From Candidatus Woesearchaeota archaeon (GTDB lineage Archaea > Nanobdellota > Nanobdellia > Pacearchaeales > GW2011-AR1): DNA of 62,008 bases. The notes under the pieces were generated by a model. That model was not told where the DNA came from and made no database searches. It worked only from the letters and a program-made list of their open reading frames with translations. The stretch is taken from positions 1 through 62,008 of the forward strand of contig CAZPVF010000001.1 in NCBI GenBank assembly GCA_964589955.1. Direction: 5' to 3'. Below are positions 1 to 9,471 of the stretch, piece by piece. The position numbers and the translations under genes were made by a program. Each line of letters opens with the position of its first letter. Position 1 is the stretch's first letter.

Positions 1-2
1 TA

Positions 3-470
3 GATGAAATAAAACAACCAGAATTTGATGCCCAAATTATAGCAGATGAAATCGCTCTTTCACTAGAAAGATTCGGTCCATTAAGATTCAAAGTTATAGC
101 ATATAGAACACTTCAAAAAATAATAAATGCTGGTGCATTAGGAGTAGAAATTAGATTGAGTGGGAAACTTCCTGGAGCTAGAGCTAAAACTTGGAGATTT
201 GGGCAAGGATACTTAAAAAAAACAGGAGATAGTGCCAAAGTTGTTGATAGGGCACAATCAAGAGCTGAAACAAAACCAGGAACTATAGGAATAAAAGTAA
301 GTATTTTAAGTCCTTATGCAGAACTAAAAGATAGAATCAAAATCGATGATCAACTACTTGAGAAATTATTGAAGAACAAAGAAAAGCTAGATAAACCTAA
401 AAAAAAGGCTAAGGAGAAAAAAACTAAAAAGAAAAAGATGACAAAAAACAATGGTAATATTAAGAAATAA
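3..470 (+). CDS. rps3: 30S ribosomal protein uS3, C-terminal part (5' end outside window)
   Basis: Frame open from window edge; GALGVEIRLSGKLPGARAKTWRFGQGYLKKTGD... is typical of the uS3 C-domain; Lys-rich tail; sits directly before uL29. Confidence 0.9.
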   Translation, partial: DEIKQPEFDAQIIADEIALSLERFGPLRFKVIAYRTLQKIINAGALGVEIRLSGKLPGARAKTWRFGQGYLKKTGDSAKVVDRAQSRAETKPGTIGIKVSILSPYAELKDRIKIDDQLLEKLLKNKEKLDKPKKKAKEKKTKKKKMTKNNGNIKK

Positions 471-678
471 AGAAATTAAAAAAATGACCTCTGTTGAAGC
501 AGAAAAAAAGCTTAAAGAATTAAAGCTTGAATTAGTTAAGTCCAGAGGCAATAGTTCAAAATCTGCTAATACAAAAATAAAGGAAATAAAAAAAACTATT
601 GCTAAAATACTCACAATCAACAAACCTAAAGAAGGAGTCGAGAAATTGGCTGAGAAAGGTAAGTTGAAAAAACAATAA
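451..678 (+). CDS. rpl29: 50S ribosomal protein uL29
   Basis: 75 aa; ILRNKEIKKMTSVEAEKKLKELKLELVK matches the uL29 helical hairpin pattern; position after uS3. Confidence 0.9.
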   Translation: MVILRNKEIKKMTSVEAEKKLKELKLELVKSRGNSSKSANTKIKEIKKTIAKILTINKPKEGVEKLAEKGKLKKQ

Positions 679-680
679 AC

Positions 681-980
681 ATGGAAATAGATCCAAAGAC
701 AGGACTTCCAGTTCAAGCAGGAACATGGGAGGAACTTGCAAAAAGTTCACAAAGGATTAAGATTGGAACTGACAGAAAAAGGTACGGTAAGATCGTAACT
801 ATCGTGTCTGGATTCGACAAAGGAGTCGATGTAAAGAAGATTGCCAAAACACTAAAAAATGAATTGGCGTGTGGAGGAACATTTAAAGAAGATATGGTTG
901 AACTACAAGGAGACCACACAAAAAAAATAAAGCCGATTTTAGTAAAGTTAGGTTTTGACGAAGATTCAATCTCAGAATAA
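681..980 (+). CDS. translation initiation factor SUI1 (aIF1)
   Basis: 99 aa; KIGTDRKRYGKIVTIVSGF...LKNELACGGTFKEDMVELQGDH is the SUI1 core motif. Confidence 0.9.
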   Translation: MEIDPKTGLPVQAGTWEELAKSSQRIKIGTDRKRYGKIVTIVSGFDKGVDVKKIAKTLKNELACGGTFKEDMVELQGDHTKKIKPILVKLGFDEDSISE

Positions 981-1005
981 ATCCTTGTGGAACTGAAATA
1001 GAAAA

Positions 1006-1341
1006 ATGAATGTAAACAAAGCAGAAGCAAAAACGAAAGAGAAAAAAGTATCAAAAATAGCTGTGGCTAGAATTGGTTCAAGAGGAAGAATATTTGAAGG
1101 AAAAGTTATAAAGAAATTTTCAAAAAGACTAGCAATTGAATTTGAGAGGATGGTTTATGTTAAAAAATATGAAAGATACAAAAAAACTAAAACAAAAATT
1201 CACGCAAGACTACCAAGCAAGATGTATGATAAAATTAAGATTGGAGATACAATTAGAATAAGAGAATGTAGACCCCTAAGTAAGATCATTCATTTTGTAG
1301 TTATTGAAAAAATTAAGGACGCTATGGAGGAGTCAAAATGA
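1006..1341 (+). CDS. rps17: 30S ribosomal protein uS17
   Basis: GRIFEGKVIKK...YVKKYERYKKTKTKIHARLP...GDTIRIRECRPLSK; operon position before uL14. Confidence 0.9.
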   Translation: MNVNKAEAKTKEKKVSKIAVARIGSRGRIFEGKVIKKFSKRLAIEFERMVYVKKYERYKKTKTKIHARLPSKMYDKIKIGDTIRIRECRPLSKIIHFVVIEKIKDAMEESK

Positions 1342-1739
1342 AAGCTGTTTCAGCTAGAACAACTGCAGGATTAAACATTGGGGCATTGCTAGTATCCTCA
1401 GATAATAGTGGGGCAAAAATGGTAAAAATAGTCTCAGTTAAAAAAAGCAAAGCTAAAAAAGGAAAACAAGTTGCGGCAAAAATAGCTGACTGGGTAAAAG
1501 TTAGTGTAAAAAAAGGCATTCCTGATATGAAAGGAAAAGTATTTGATGCCGTTATCATAAGACAAAAAAAGCCCTATAGAAGACTTAGTGGAGAAAGAGT
1601 AGCATTTGAAGATAACGCAGTAGCAATACTAAAAGATGATAAAGGAAATCCAAAAGGAACACAAATTAAAGGACCGATTGCAAGAGAGATTTTAGAGAGA
1701 TGGCCGCAAGTGGCAAAAATTGCATCAATTGTATATTAA
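1338..1739 (+). CDS. rpl14: 50S ribosomal protein uL14
   Basis: LVSSDNSGAKMVKIVSV...AVIIRQKKPYRR...FEDNAVAIL; ATGA overlap with uS17. Confidence 0.95.
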   Translation: MKAVSARTTAGLNIGALLVSSDNSGAKMVKIVSVKKSKAKKGKQVAAKIADWVKVSVKKGIPDMKGKVFDAVIIRQKKPYRRLSGERVAFEDNAVAILKDDKGNPKGTQIKGPIAREILERWPQVAKIASIVY

Positions 1740-1743
1740 AAAA

Positions 1744-2178
1744 ATGAAAAAGAAATTCAGTAAAAAATGGCAGGGAAGTAAACTTCCCAGAAAACAGAGA
1801 AAATTCTTAGCTAAGCTTCCACTACACCTAAAAAAGAAAACACTTAGTGTGAATTTAAGTAAAGACTTGAGAAAAAAACACTCTAAAAGAAATATTCCGT
1901 TAAGAAAGGGGGACACAGTAAAAATTATGAGAGGAAAATTTGCAAAAAAACAAGGAAAAGTAATAAGAATTTTAAGAAAACAGGAAAAAATTTATATTGA
2001 AGGGATACAAGTAAAAAAGTTGGATGGGTCAAAAGTAGATGTTCCTATGAAACCTTCAAATCTTCAAATAATTAATTTAGTCTTAGATGACAGAAAAAGG
2101 AGTAAGATTTTAAAACAAGAAAAAAAGGTTGAGAAAAATTTAGAAAGTAAAGAAAAAACTATGGAGGAAAAAAAGTAA
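1744..2178 (+). CDS. rpl24: 50S ribosomal protein uL24 (KOW domain) with Lys-rich C-tail
   Basis: KGDTVKIMRGKFAKKQGKVIRI KOW motif; start moved to the ATG at 1744 so it does not overlap uL14. Confidence 0.9.
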   Translation: MKKKFSKKWQGSKLPRKQRKFLAKLPLHLKKKTLSVNLSKDLRKKHSKRNIPLRKGDTVKIMRGKFAKKQGKVIRILRKQEKIYIEGIQVKKLDGSKVDVPMKPSNLQIINLVLDDRKRSKILKQEKKVEKNLESKEKTMEEKK

Positions 2179-2179
2179 A

Positions 2180-2833
2180 ATGCACTTAAAAAGACAAAAA
2201 GTTCCAAAAAAATGGCCTATTGCAAGAAAAGGTACAAAGTATGTGATAAGACCGGACTCAAATATTTCAGAAGGAATTCCCTTATTAGTATTTTTAAGAG
2301 ATTTAATAAAAGTGGCACAAAATAGAAAAGAAGTAAAAAAAGCCATTCACGAAAAGAATATTTTAATTAATAGTAAACCAGCAAAAAATGAAAAGAATAC
2401 TATTCTTTTATTTGATAAGATAACAATTATTCCATCAAAAAGATATTTTAATTTAAACCTGAATGAATATGGAAAATTTGTTGCTAAAGAGATAACAGAA
2501 ATTGAATCTCATCAAAAAATTTCAAAAATTATGGATAAAAAAATTCTAAAAGGAAAAAAGATCCAACTTAATTTAAGTGATGGCAGAAACTATCTAACTC
2601 AAACAAAATGCAATGTCAATGATTCTGTATTAATAGATTTCCAAAATAAAAAAATCAAAAATTGTCTGCCTTTAAAAGAAAAATCAAACATAATTGTTTT
2701 TGCTGGAAAACATACAGGAAAAAGAGGAGTGATAAGTAAAATAATAAAAGATAAGATGATGGCAGAATTAACTACTGAAAAAAACAAAAAGAAGATTAAT
2801 GTATTAATTAAACAAATTATGGTTATTGAATAA
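2180..2833 (+). CDS. rps4e: 30S ribosomal protein eS4
   Basis: MHLKRQKVPKKWPIARKGTKYVIRP N-terminus is diagnostic of S4e; operon position. Confidence 0.9.
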   Translation: MHLKRQKVPKKWPIARKGTKYVIRPDSNISEGIPLLVFLRDLIKVAQNRKEVKKAIHEKNILINSKPAKNEKNTILLFDKITIIPSKRYFNLNLNEYGKFVAKEITEIESHQKISKIMDKKILKGKKIQLNLSDGRNYLTQTKCNVNDSVLIDFQNKKIKNCLPLKEKSNIIVFAGKHTGKRGVISKIIKDKMMAELTTEKNKKKINVLIKQIMVIE

Positions 2834-3344
2834 TATGGTGGAACAAAAAATAAATCCAATGAGAGAAATAAAAATAGAGAAAGTAGTTTTAAGTGTAGGT
2901 GGAACTGGAGATGAACTAGAAAAAGGAATAAAATTACTTAAAATATTAACAAACAAAAAGCCTGCTAAGATGACTTCAAAAAAGAGAATTCCAACATGGG
3001 GAGTAAGGCCAAAACTTCCAGTAGGAGCTATTGTTACACTTAGAAAAGGGGCTGTTGAGATGCTTAAAAAAATGCTTACAACAATAGATAATATTCTTAA
3101 AACAAAACAAATAAGTGAAAATAATTTTTCTTTTGGAATTAAAGAATATATTGAAATTCCTGGGATTGAGTATCAAAGAGATATAGGAATTAGGGGTTTT
3201 GATGTAACAGTTGTTTTCAAAAGAGCTGGAAAAAGAACAAGAATTAAAAAAATAAAGAAAGGTAAAATTCCTAAAAAACAAAAAATTTCGAGAGAGGAAA
3301 TAATTAAATATATGAAAGAAAATTTTCAGACAGAATTTAAATAA
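2826..3344 (+). CDS. rpl5: 50S ribosomal protein uL5
   Basis: [18 protein letters not shown]...AIVTLRKG...[13 protein letters not shown]...RGFDVTV. Confidence 0.9.
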   Translation: MNNMVEQKINPMREIKIEKVVLSVGGTGDELEKGIKLLKILTNKKPAKMTSKKRIPTWGVRPKLPVGAIVTLRKGAVEMLKKMLTTIDNILKTKQISENNFSFGIKEYIEIPGIEYQRDIGIRGFDVTVVFKRAGKRTRIKKIKKGKIPKKQKISREEIIKYMKENFQTEFK

Positions 3345-3360
3345 ATGGGATGTATTTAAA

Positions 3361-3591
3361 ATGACAGCAAGTGATTGGAAAAAAATACTAAAACAATTAA
3401 ATAAAAAACCTGCAATAAAAGCTAAATTTCTAAAGCATTGCAAACCAAAAACAAGAAAGATAGGAATTGCTTCAAGAAAATGTGAGAGATGTGGAAGATT
3501 TGGGGCACATATAAGATCTTATGGTCTTAAATTATGTAGACACTGTTTTAGGGAAATTGCTGAAGAAATTGGGTTTAAAAAATATAGCTAA
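3361..3591 (+). CDS. rps14: 30S ribosomal protein uS14 (zinc-binding type)
   Basis: [25 protein letters not shown] CxxC...CxxC motif; position between uL5 and uS8; N-terminal extension relative to typical archaeal S14. Confidence 0.9.
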   Translation: MTASDWKKILKQLNKKPAIKAKFLKHCKPKTRKIGIASRKCERCGRFGAHIRSYGLKLCRHCFREIAEEIGFKKYS

Positions 3592-3602
3592 GGAGAATAA
3601 AA

Positions 3603-3983
3603 ATGAGTCACGATGTTGTTGCTGATGCATTAAATATGATAAAGAATGCAAAAAAAGCTAAAAAGAAGACTGTAAAAATCAAAAGGATTTCAAATCTTTT
3701 AGTGGAAATTTTAAAAATTATGAAACAAAAAGGTGCAGTAAAAAAATATAAGATTGACAGTAAAGAAAAAACTGTTGAAATAACAATTGGAGAATTATTT
3801 GAGTGTAAAGCAATTAAACCTAGATTCACAGTTAAAAAAGATACAATTGAAAAGTATAGAAGAAGGTATTTGCCTGCAAGAAATATTGGTACTGTTATTA
3901 TTTCTACAAACAAGGGTCTTATGACCAACGAAGAAGCTCAAGAAGAAAAAATTGGAGGATGCTTAATTGCATATTTTTATTAA
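3603..3983 (+). CDS. rps8: 30S ribosomal protein uS8
   Basis: DVVADALNMIKNAKKAKKK...GTVIISTNKGLMTNEEAQEEKIGG. Confidence 0.9.
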   Translation: MSHDVVADALNMIKNAKKAKKKTVKIKRISNLLVEILKIMKQKGAVKKYKIDSKEKTVEITIGELFECKAIKPRFTVKKDTIEKYRRRYLPARNIGTVIISTNKGLMTNEEAQEEKIGGCLIAYFY

Positions 3984-3984
3984 A

Positions 3985-4527
3985 ATGAAGAAAAGTTTAA
4001 CTCAAAAAATTGAAATTCCCGAAGGAGTAGAAGCGCATATAGTTGAAAATAAACTTACTGTTAAGGGTAAAGAAGGAGAAATATCAAAAGGGTTTGAGAT
4101 TGGAGAAATCGACTTCAAGATAAAGGACAAAACAATAATATTGCATCATGAAAAAGCAACAAAAAGAGAAAAGAAAACAATGAATACTATTGCTGCGCAT
4201 ATTAAAAACATGATTAAAGGAGTTCAAGAAAAATTTACATACAAATTAAAAATTTGCTTTAGTCACTTTCCTGTAACTGTAGATGTAAAAGGAGATAATG
4301 CAACAATAAAGAATTTTTTGGGTGAAAAAATTCCTAGAATTGTGAAAATTCCAAAAGGTGTTGAAGTAAATGCGGATAAAACCCAGATTACAATTACTTC
4401 TGTAGATAAAGAACTTGCAGGACAAGCTGCAGCAAATTTTGAATCATCAACAAAAGTTAAAGGAAGAGATAGAAGAGTCTTTCAAGATGGAATTCATATG
4501 ATAGAAAAAGCTGGGAGGGAAATATGA
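3985..4527 (+). CDS. rpl6: 50S ribosomal protein uL6
   Basis: IEIPEGVEAHIVENKLTVKGKEGE...two-domain L6 pattern; start placed at the ATG at 3985, just after the uS8 stop. Confidence 0.9.
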   Translation: MKKSLTQKIEIPEGVEAHIVENKLTVKGKEGEISKGFEIGEIDFKIKDKTIILHHEKATKREKKTMNTIAAHIKNMIKGVQEKFTYKLKICFSHFPVTVDVKGDNATIKNFLGEKIPRIVKIPKGVEVNADKTQITITSVDKELAGQAAANFESSTKVKGRDRRVFQDGIHMIEKAGREI

Positions 4528-4931
4528 AATTTTTAAGAAGAACTTCAAATAGATACTCAAAACTGGGTAAGAACAGAAAGAAAAAACAAGTTTGGAGAAG
4601 ACCAACAGGAAGAGACAATAAAATGAGAGAGAAAAGAAAGGGATATCCTTCAGTAGTTAGTGTAGGGCAGAAAAAAGATAAAGAAAAAGCTGGAAAAATA
4701 AAGAAAAAGAAACCAGTTATAGTTTTTAGTGTAAAAGACTTAGACAAAGTAAAAAAAAGTGAAATTGTTATTATTGGCAGTGTAGGAAAAAAGAAAAAAA
4801 TTGAATTAGCGAAAAAAGCAAAAGAACTAAATTTATTTACATATAATATAAATCCAAAAACGTATTTGAAACAAAATAAACTAAAAGAAAAAAAGAAGAA
4901 TAAAGAAAAGCCCAAGGAGAAGAAGAAATGA
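4524..4931 (+). CDS. rpl32e: 50S ribosomal protein eL32
   Basis: RRTSNRYSKLGKNRKKKQVWRRPTGRDNKMREKRKGYP; ATGA overlap with uL6. Confidence 0.9.
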   Translation: MKFLRRTSNRYSKLGKNRKKKQVWRRPTGRDNKMREKRKGYPSVVSVGQKKDKEKAGKIKKKKPVIVFSVKDLDKVKKSEIVIIGSVGKKKKIELAKKAKELNLFTYNINPKTYLKQNKLKEKKKNKEKPKEKKK

Positions 4932-5335
4932 ATCTAAAAAAGAAAAAAAATTTAGTAGCAAAAACACTTAAGGTAGGAAGAAATAGAATTGTTTTTGTTA
5001 AAGAAAGGTTAGATGAAGTAAAAGAAGCCATAACAAAACAAGATATTAAACAAAGACATCAAGAAGGTGCTATTGCTATTAAAAGCATAAAAGGAAGGAA
5101 AAAAGTTGAAGGAAGAAGGAGGAAAAGAGGAATCGGAAAAATAAAGAAAAAAATAAACACTAGAAAAAAGGACTATGTTATAATGACTAGAAAATTAAGA
5201 GAGTACATAAAAGAATTAAAAAAACAGGGCAAAATATCTGCTGAAGAAGTAAAAGACATTAGAAAAAAAATTAGAAATAAATTTTATAGAAGCAAATCAC
5301 ACTTAAAAGAACAACTAAACTTAAGAAAAAGATAA
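4928..5335 (+). CDS. rpl19e: 50S ribosomal protein eL19
   Basis: LKKKKNLVAKTLKVGRNRIVF...QDIKQRHQEGAIAIKSIKGRKK. Confidence 0.9.
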   Translation: MNLKKKKNLVAKTLKVGRNRIVFVKERLDEVKEAITKQDIKQRHQEGAIAIKSIKGRKKVEGRRRKRGIGKIKKKINTRKKDYVIMTRKLREYIKELKKQGKISAEEVKDIRKKIRNKFYRSKSHLKEQLNLRKR

Positions 5336-5336
5336 A

Positions 5337-5813
5337 ATGGAAAAAGGTAAAGAAAAACTAATAAAAGAATTTGAGAATAGATTTGAAGAATTTAAAAAAG
5401 ATTATGGTTTTAAATCAACTCTTGAAGAACTTGATGAAGCTTTTCATATTAGAGATTCTGTAAAAAAAGATGGTTTTTTATCAACAAGACTTGCAAGACA
5501 AGTTTGTTACAGAATTGTTGAAAATTTTATGGGCTGGAACGATTACTTACATAGTCTAATAATGCCCAATCCTCAAAACATGTTAAATATAAGTGAGAGC
5601 AAAGTATTTAATGGTGATGAAAAAAAAGGAATAACTGAATTAATGAAAACAGCTATGAGAATAAGTAGTAAAAATGGTCTTAATGGACTAAAAAAAGAGA
5701 AGGATGAAGAAGCAAAATTTATAGACGAATCTTTAAAAATATGGAATAAATTATTCAAACCAAAACTAATAGAGGTTATGACTAAAATAAATAATGAATG
5801 GAGTAAAAAATAA
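5337..5813 (+). CDS. hypothetical all-helical 158-aa protein embedded in the r-protein operon
   Basis: ORF starts 1 nt after the eL19 stop, and its TAA overlaps the uL18 ATG (TAATG); I recognise no family. Confidence 0.6.
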   Translation: MEKGKEKLIKEFENRFEEFKKDYGFKSTLEELDEAFHIRDSVKKDGFLSTRLARQVCYRIVENFMGWNDYLHSLIMPNPQNMLNISESKVFNGDEKKGITELMKTAMRISSKNGLNGLKKEKDEEAKFIDESLKIWNKLFKPKLIEVMTKINNEWSKK

Positions 5814-6292
5814 TGAAAGTGGATAGGCGAAGAAGAAGGGAGAGTAAAACAAATTATCTAAAAAGAATTAAACTTCTAAAAAGTAATGCTCCAAGATTAG
5901 TTCTAAGAAAGACTAATAAATATCTTATTGTACAATATGTTAAAAGTGCTGCTGCTCAAGACAAAATTGTTTTTGGAATAAATTCAAAAAAATTACTTCA
6001 GCTTGGTTGGCCAAAAAATCTTTCTTGTAGTCTTAAATCAATCACAGCAGCATATTTTCTTGGAATGCTTGCTGGAAAAGAAATAAAGACTAAAAAACTA
6101 AAAAACCCTATTTTTGATTTTGGTTTGCAGAGAGTTCTTAGCGGATCAAAGATCCAAGGATTCATAAAAGGAGTCATTGACTCAGGAATAGAATTAAAAC
6201 ACAATGAAAAATCTTTTCCAACTGAAGAGAGAATATATGGTAAGCACTTAAAACAAAATCTGCCTTTTGAACAAATAAAGAAAAATATTTAA
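5813..6292 (+). CDS. rpl18: 50S ribosomal protein uL18
   Basis: RRRRRESKTNYLKRIKLLKSNAPRLVLRKTNKYLIVQYV. Confidence 0.9.
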   Translation: MKVDRRRRRESKTNYLKRIKLLKSNAPRLVLRKTNKYLIVQYVKSAAAQDKIVFGINSKKLLQLGWPKNLSCSLKSITAAYFLGMLAGKEIKTKKLKNPIFDFGLQRVLSGSKIQGFIKGVIDSGIELKHNEKSFPTEERIYGKHLKQNLPFEQIKKNI

Positions 6293-6293
6293 A

Positions 6294-7157
6294 ATGACAA
6301 AAGAAAAAAAACAAAAATTTGAAGATACTAAAAAAACAGTTGAAGCACATGGGGCTTTTAGTGAGAAAATTGCAGAAAAAAAAGCACAAGACGCAGAACT
6401 AGTTACCAAGAACCTCATTAAAAAACAAGAAACCAAAAGTATAGAAGAAAACAAAAATTTAGAAAAAGAAGAAAAACCTATCAAAAGAAAAAGACCTGGA
6501 GAAATCACTAGAGAAGATATTATTGCTGGATGGGATCCAAAAACAAAATTAGGCACAGAAGTGAAAATAGGTAAAATTACAAACTTAAACCAAATACTCG
6601 ATGATAATAAAAAAATACTTGAGCCAGAAATTGTTGATTATCTAACACATCTTAAATCTGACTTAATTTCTATTGGGCAATCTAAAGGTAAATTTGGTGG
6701 AGGAAAAAGAAGAGCTTGGAGACAAACCCAAAGAAAAACAAAAGAAGGAAATGTTCCAACATTTTCCACAATGGCTGTTGTGGGTGATGAAGATGGACAT
6801 GTGGGAATAGGATCAGGAAGAGCAAAAGAAACTCTTCCAGCAAGAGATAAAGCAATTAGAAAAGCAAAAATATCAGTAATAAAAGTTAAAAGAACTTGTG
6901 CAGGATTTGACTGTGCATGCAGCGAACTCCATACAATTCCATTTAAAGTCGAGGGTAAAGCAGGAAGTGTAAGAGTAACTTTAATTCCTGCTCCACAAGG
7001 AACAGGCCTTGTTGCAGGAAATGAACTAAAAAAAATACTAAACCTTGCAGGAATAAAAGACATCTATAGTAGAACAGATGGAAAAAAGAGAACATCATTT
7101 AATCTTGCTAAAGCATGTATAGATGCACTTAAAAAAACAACACAACGTGAAAAATGA
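6294..7157 (+). CDS. rps5: 30S ribosomal protein uS5 with ~80-aa Lys/Glu-rich N-terminal extension
   Basis: TFSTMAVVGDEDGHVGIGSGRAKE...IPAPQGTGLVAG S5 dsRBD plus C-domain motifs. Confidence 0.9.
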   Translation: MTKEKKQKFEDTKKTVEAHGAFSEKIAEKKAQDAELVTKNLIKKQETKSIEENKNLEKEEKPIKRKRPGEITREDIIAGWDPKTKLGTEVKIGKITNLNQILDDNKKILEPEIVDYLTHLKSDLISIGQSKGKFGGGKRRAWRQTQRKTKEGNVPTFSTMAVVGDEDGHVGIGSGRAKETLPARDKAIRKAKISVIKVKRTCAGFDCACSELHTIPFKVEGKAGSVRVTLIPAPQGTGLVAGNELKKILNLAGIKDIYSRTDGKKRTSFNLAKACIDALKKTTQREK

Positions 7158-7504
7158 AAACCATTGCAGTAATAAGAATAACTGGGGACGTGAATTTGAA
7201 ACAAGATATAAAAGAAACTCTTAAAAGATTACATATAAGAAAAAAATATTCATGCATAGTTTTAGAAAATAATAAAGTTAATTTGGGAATGATAAAAAAA
7301 GTTAAGGACTTTGTCGCGTTTGGAAAAATAAGTGAGGATACACTAAAAAAACTTAAACAGAAACGTAAAACAAAAATTGATAATTTTTTTAGGCTTCATC
7401 CTCCAAGAGGAGGAATAGATACAAAATTACACTTTGGTGTAAAAAAAGGTGTTTTAGGAGATAATAAAGATAAAATAAATGATCTAATTGAGAGGATGCT
7501 ATGA
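7154..7504 (+). CDS. rpl30: 50S ribosomal protein uL30
   Basis: IAVIRITGDVNLKQDIKETLKRLHIRKKYSCIV; position between uS5 and uL15. Confidence 0.85.
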   Translation: MKTIAVIRITGDVNLKQDIKETLKRLHIRKKYSCIVLENNKVNLGMIKKVKDFVAFGKISEDTLKKLKQKRKTKIDNFFRLHPPRGGIDTKLHFGVKKGVLGDNKDKINDLIERML

Positions 7505-7983
7505 AAACAAAAAAAAGACCTAAAGCAAGTAGAATGCATGGAAGGAAAATGGGAACTCATGGTAGAGGAGCAAGAAAAAAGGCAAAAGGCCAGGGACATA
7601 GAGGAGGAAGAGGCATGAGTGGTAGTGGTAAAAGAGCAGATCATAAAAAAACATTAATTACAAAAATCTACGGAAGCACATATTTTGGAAGAAGAGGAAA
7701 AACAAGCATAAAAACCCAAAAAGACAAAAGAAAAAGAATTAATATTGGCGAAATTCAAACATGTTTAGAAAAATATGGTAAAAAAACCCAAAAGGGTTGG
7801 GAAATCAACTTAAAAGACTATAAAATATTGGGAAAAGGAGAAGTAAAAGATAAACTAATTATCACTGCAAAAGAAGCATCAAAATCATCAATAGACAAAA
7901 TTAAAAAAGTAGGTGGAGAAATAATCTTAATAAAGGGCAATAGAAAAACTCAAGAAGTAAAGAAGCCTGTAGAAGATAAGTAA
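7501..7983 (+). CDS. rpl15: 50S ribosomal protein uL15
   Basis: Gly/Arg-rich N-terminus GRKMGTHGRGARKKAKGQGHRGGRGMSG; operon position before secY. Confidence 0.9.
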   Translation: MKTKKRPKASRMHGRKMGTHGRGARKKAKGQGHRGGRGMSGSGKRADHKKTLITKIYGSTYFGRRGKTSIKTQKDKRKRINIGEIQTCLEKYGKKTQKGWEINLKDYKILGKGEVKDKLIITAKEASKSSIDKIKKVGGEIILIKGNRKTQEVKKPVEDK

Positions 7984-7993
7984 AAAATCCAAA

Positions 7994-9427
7994 ATGGACT
8001 TTACAAAAATATTTAGCTTTATACCAGAAGTAAAAAAACCTGAAGAAAAAAAAGTTAGTTTTAAAGTTAAAATCAAGTGGACATTATTAATCTTAGCTGC
8101 CTTTTTCATTTTAGCAAACATTCCTCTTTTTGGTTTAAGTGAAAATGCTCTTTCTCGTTTTGAATATCTAGCTATTATTTTAGGTACTGATTTTGGAAGC
8201 ATTATTTCTTTAGGTATTGGTCCTATTGTTATGGCTTCTATTATATTGCAACTTTTAACAGGATCTGGAATACTTAATATTGACACAACAACACCTCAAG
8301 GAAAAAGATTCTTTCAAGGACTACAAAATGTCTTAGTGTTTTTCTTCATAATATTTGAAGCAATAGTTTACGTTTTAATGCAAGGACTTCAAGCAGCTCC
8401 AGGATTTACAGGATTAGTAATATTTCAGCTTATACTTGGAGGTATAGCAATATTTTATATGGATCAAGTAACTCAAAAATGGGGATTTGGTTCTGGAGTT
8501 AGTTTATTTATTGCTGCAGGAGTATCTTGGAGACTATTTACAAGTGCACTTCAATTTACAACACAACAAGGAAGAAACTGTTTGCTTGATTTCAAAAATA
8601 CACCTTGTTCAGGAAAAATATTAATTTTAATTCAATCAATAATTAATAAATATCCTACAGAGTTGTTAGCAGCTTTAGTTGCAATAATTACAACTATTTT
8701 AATTTTCTTAGCAGTAGTTTGGGCACAATCACTAAAAGTAGAAATTCCACTATCATTTGGAAGGATTAGGGGATACAGTGTAAAATGGCCTTTATCTTTC
8801 TTTTATGCCTCAGTTATTCCAGTCATTTTAACTGCAGCACTAATGGCAAATGTTCAGTTATTTGGAGGGATGTTTGAAAATGCAGCAATAGCCTGTGCAG
8901 AAGGAACTTGTTCTGGCTTTCAGAGTATAGCTGCCCACTTTTCTTTTTTAGGAAGTTTTGTTAACGGGCAGGCAGTATCAGGACTAGCTTTTTGGATGGG
9001 TTCAACAAATCTTGTTGATTTAGCTATAAGAGGAGGTCTTTTACCAAAGTATTTGCTTCAGGGATTAACACACATATTATTCTTTATGGTCTTTTCCACA
9101 CTCTTTAGTGTATTCTGGGTAAAAACATCTGGAATGGATTCAAAAGCTCAAGCTAAAAAAATTTCTGCTTCTGGACTTCAAGTAGCAGGATTTAGACAAG
9201 ACCAGAGAATACTTGAGCACATTCTAGATAGATATATTATGCCTCTAACAGTAATGGGAGGTGCGGCAATAGGTCTTCTAGCTGCAGCAACAGATCTAAT
9301 AGGTGCGCTAGTTTCTGGAACATCAATACTTTTAGTTATCATGATAATGTTCCAATTTTATCAAAATATTGCACAACAACATGAAACAGATATGAATCCC
9401 GGATTAAGAAAATTCATTGGGAGATAG
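7994..9427 (+). CDS. secY: preprotein translocase subunit SecY
   Basis: 477 aa, about 10 TM segments, LGIGPIVMASIILQLL plug/TM2 motif; conserved position after uL15. Confidence 0.95.
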   Translation: MDFTKIFSFIPEVKKPEEKKVSFKVKIKWTLLILAAFFILANIPLFGLSENALSRFEYLAIILGTDFGSIISLGIGPIVMASIILQLLTGSGILNIDTTTPQGKRFFQGLQNVLVFFFIIFEAIVYVLMQGLQAAPGFTGLVIFQLILGGIAIFYMDQVTQKWGFGSGVSLFIAAGVSWRLFTSALQFTTQQGRNCLLDFKNTPCSGKILILIQSIINKYPTELLAALVAIITTILIFLAVVWAQSLKVEIPLSFGRIRGYSVKWPLSFFYASVIPVILTAALMANVQLFGGMFENAAIACAEGTCSGFQSIAAHFSFLGSFVNGQAVSGLAFWMGSTNLVDLAIRGGLLPKYLLQGLTHILFFMVFSTLFSVFWVKTSGMDSKAQAKKISASGLQVAGFRQDQRILEHILDRYIMPLTVMGGAAIGLLAAATDLIGALVSGTSILLVIMIMFQFYQNIAQQHETDMNPGLRKFIGR

Positions 9428-9471
9428 ATTTAAAAGATAAATTTTACTAATATAATAATAAAGAGGAAAAA

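Noticed and set aside
387-1054. Minus-strand ORFs (387-716, 556-750, 713-1054) and many similar antisense ORFs across 1-9.4 kb (for example 1322-1558, 2976-3443, 4457-4915, 6248-6556, 6638-7063, 7927-8286)
   Set aside because: They are the Phe/Leu/Ser-rich mirror translations of Lys/Glu-rich ribosomal protein genes. Each lies wholly inside a confidently identified plus-strand gene and has no recognisable motif.
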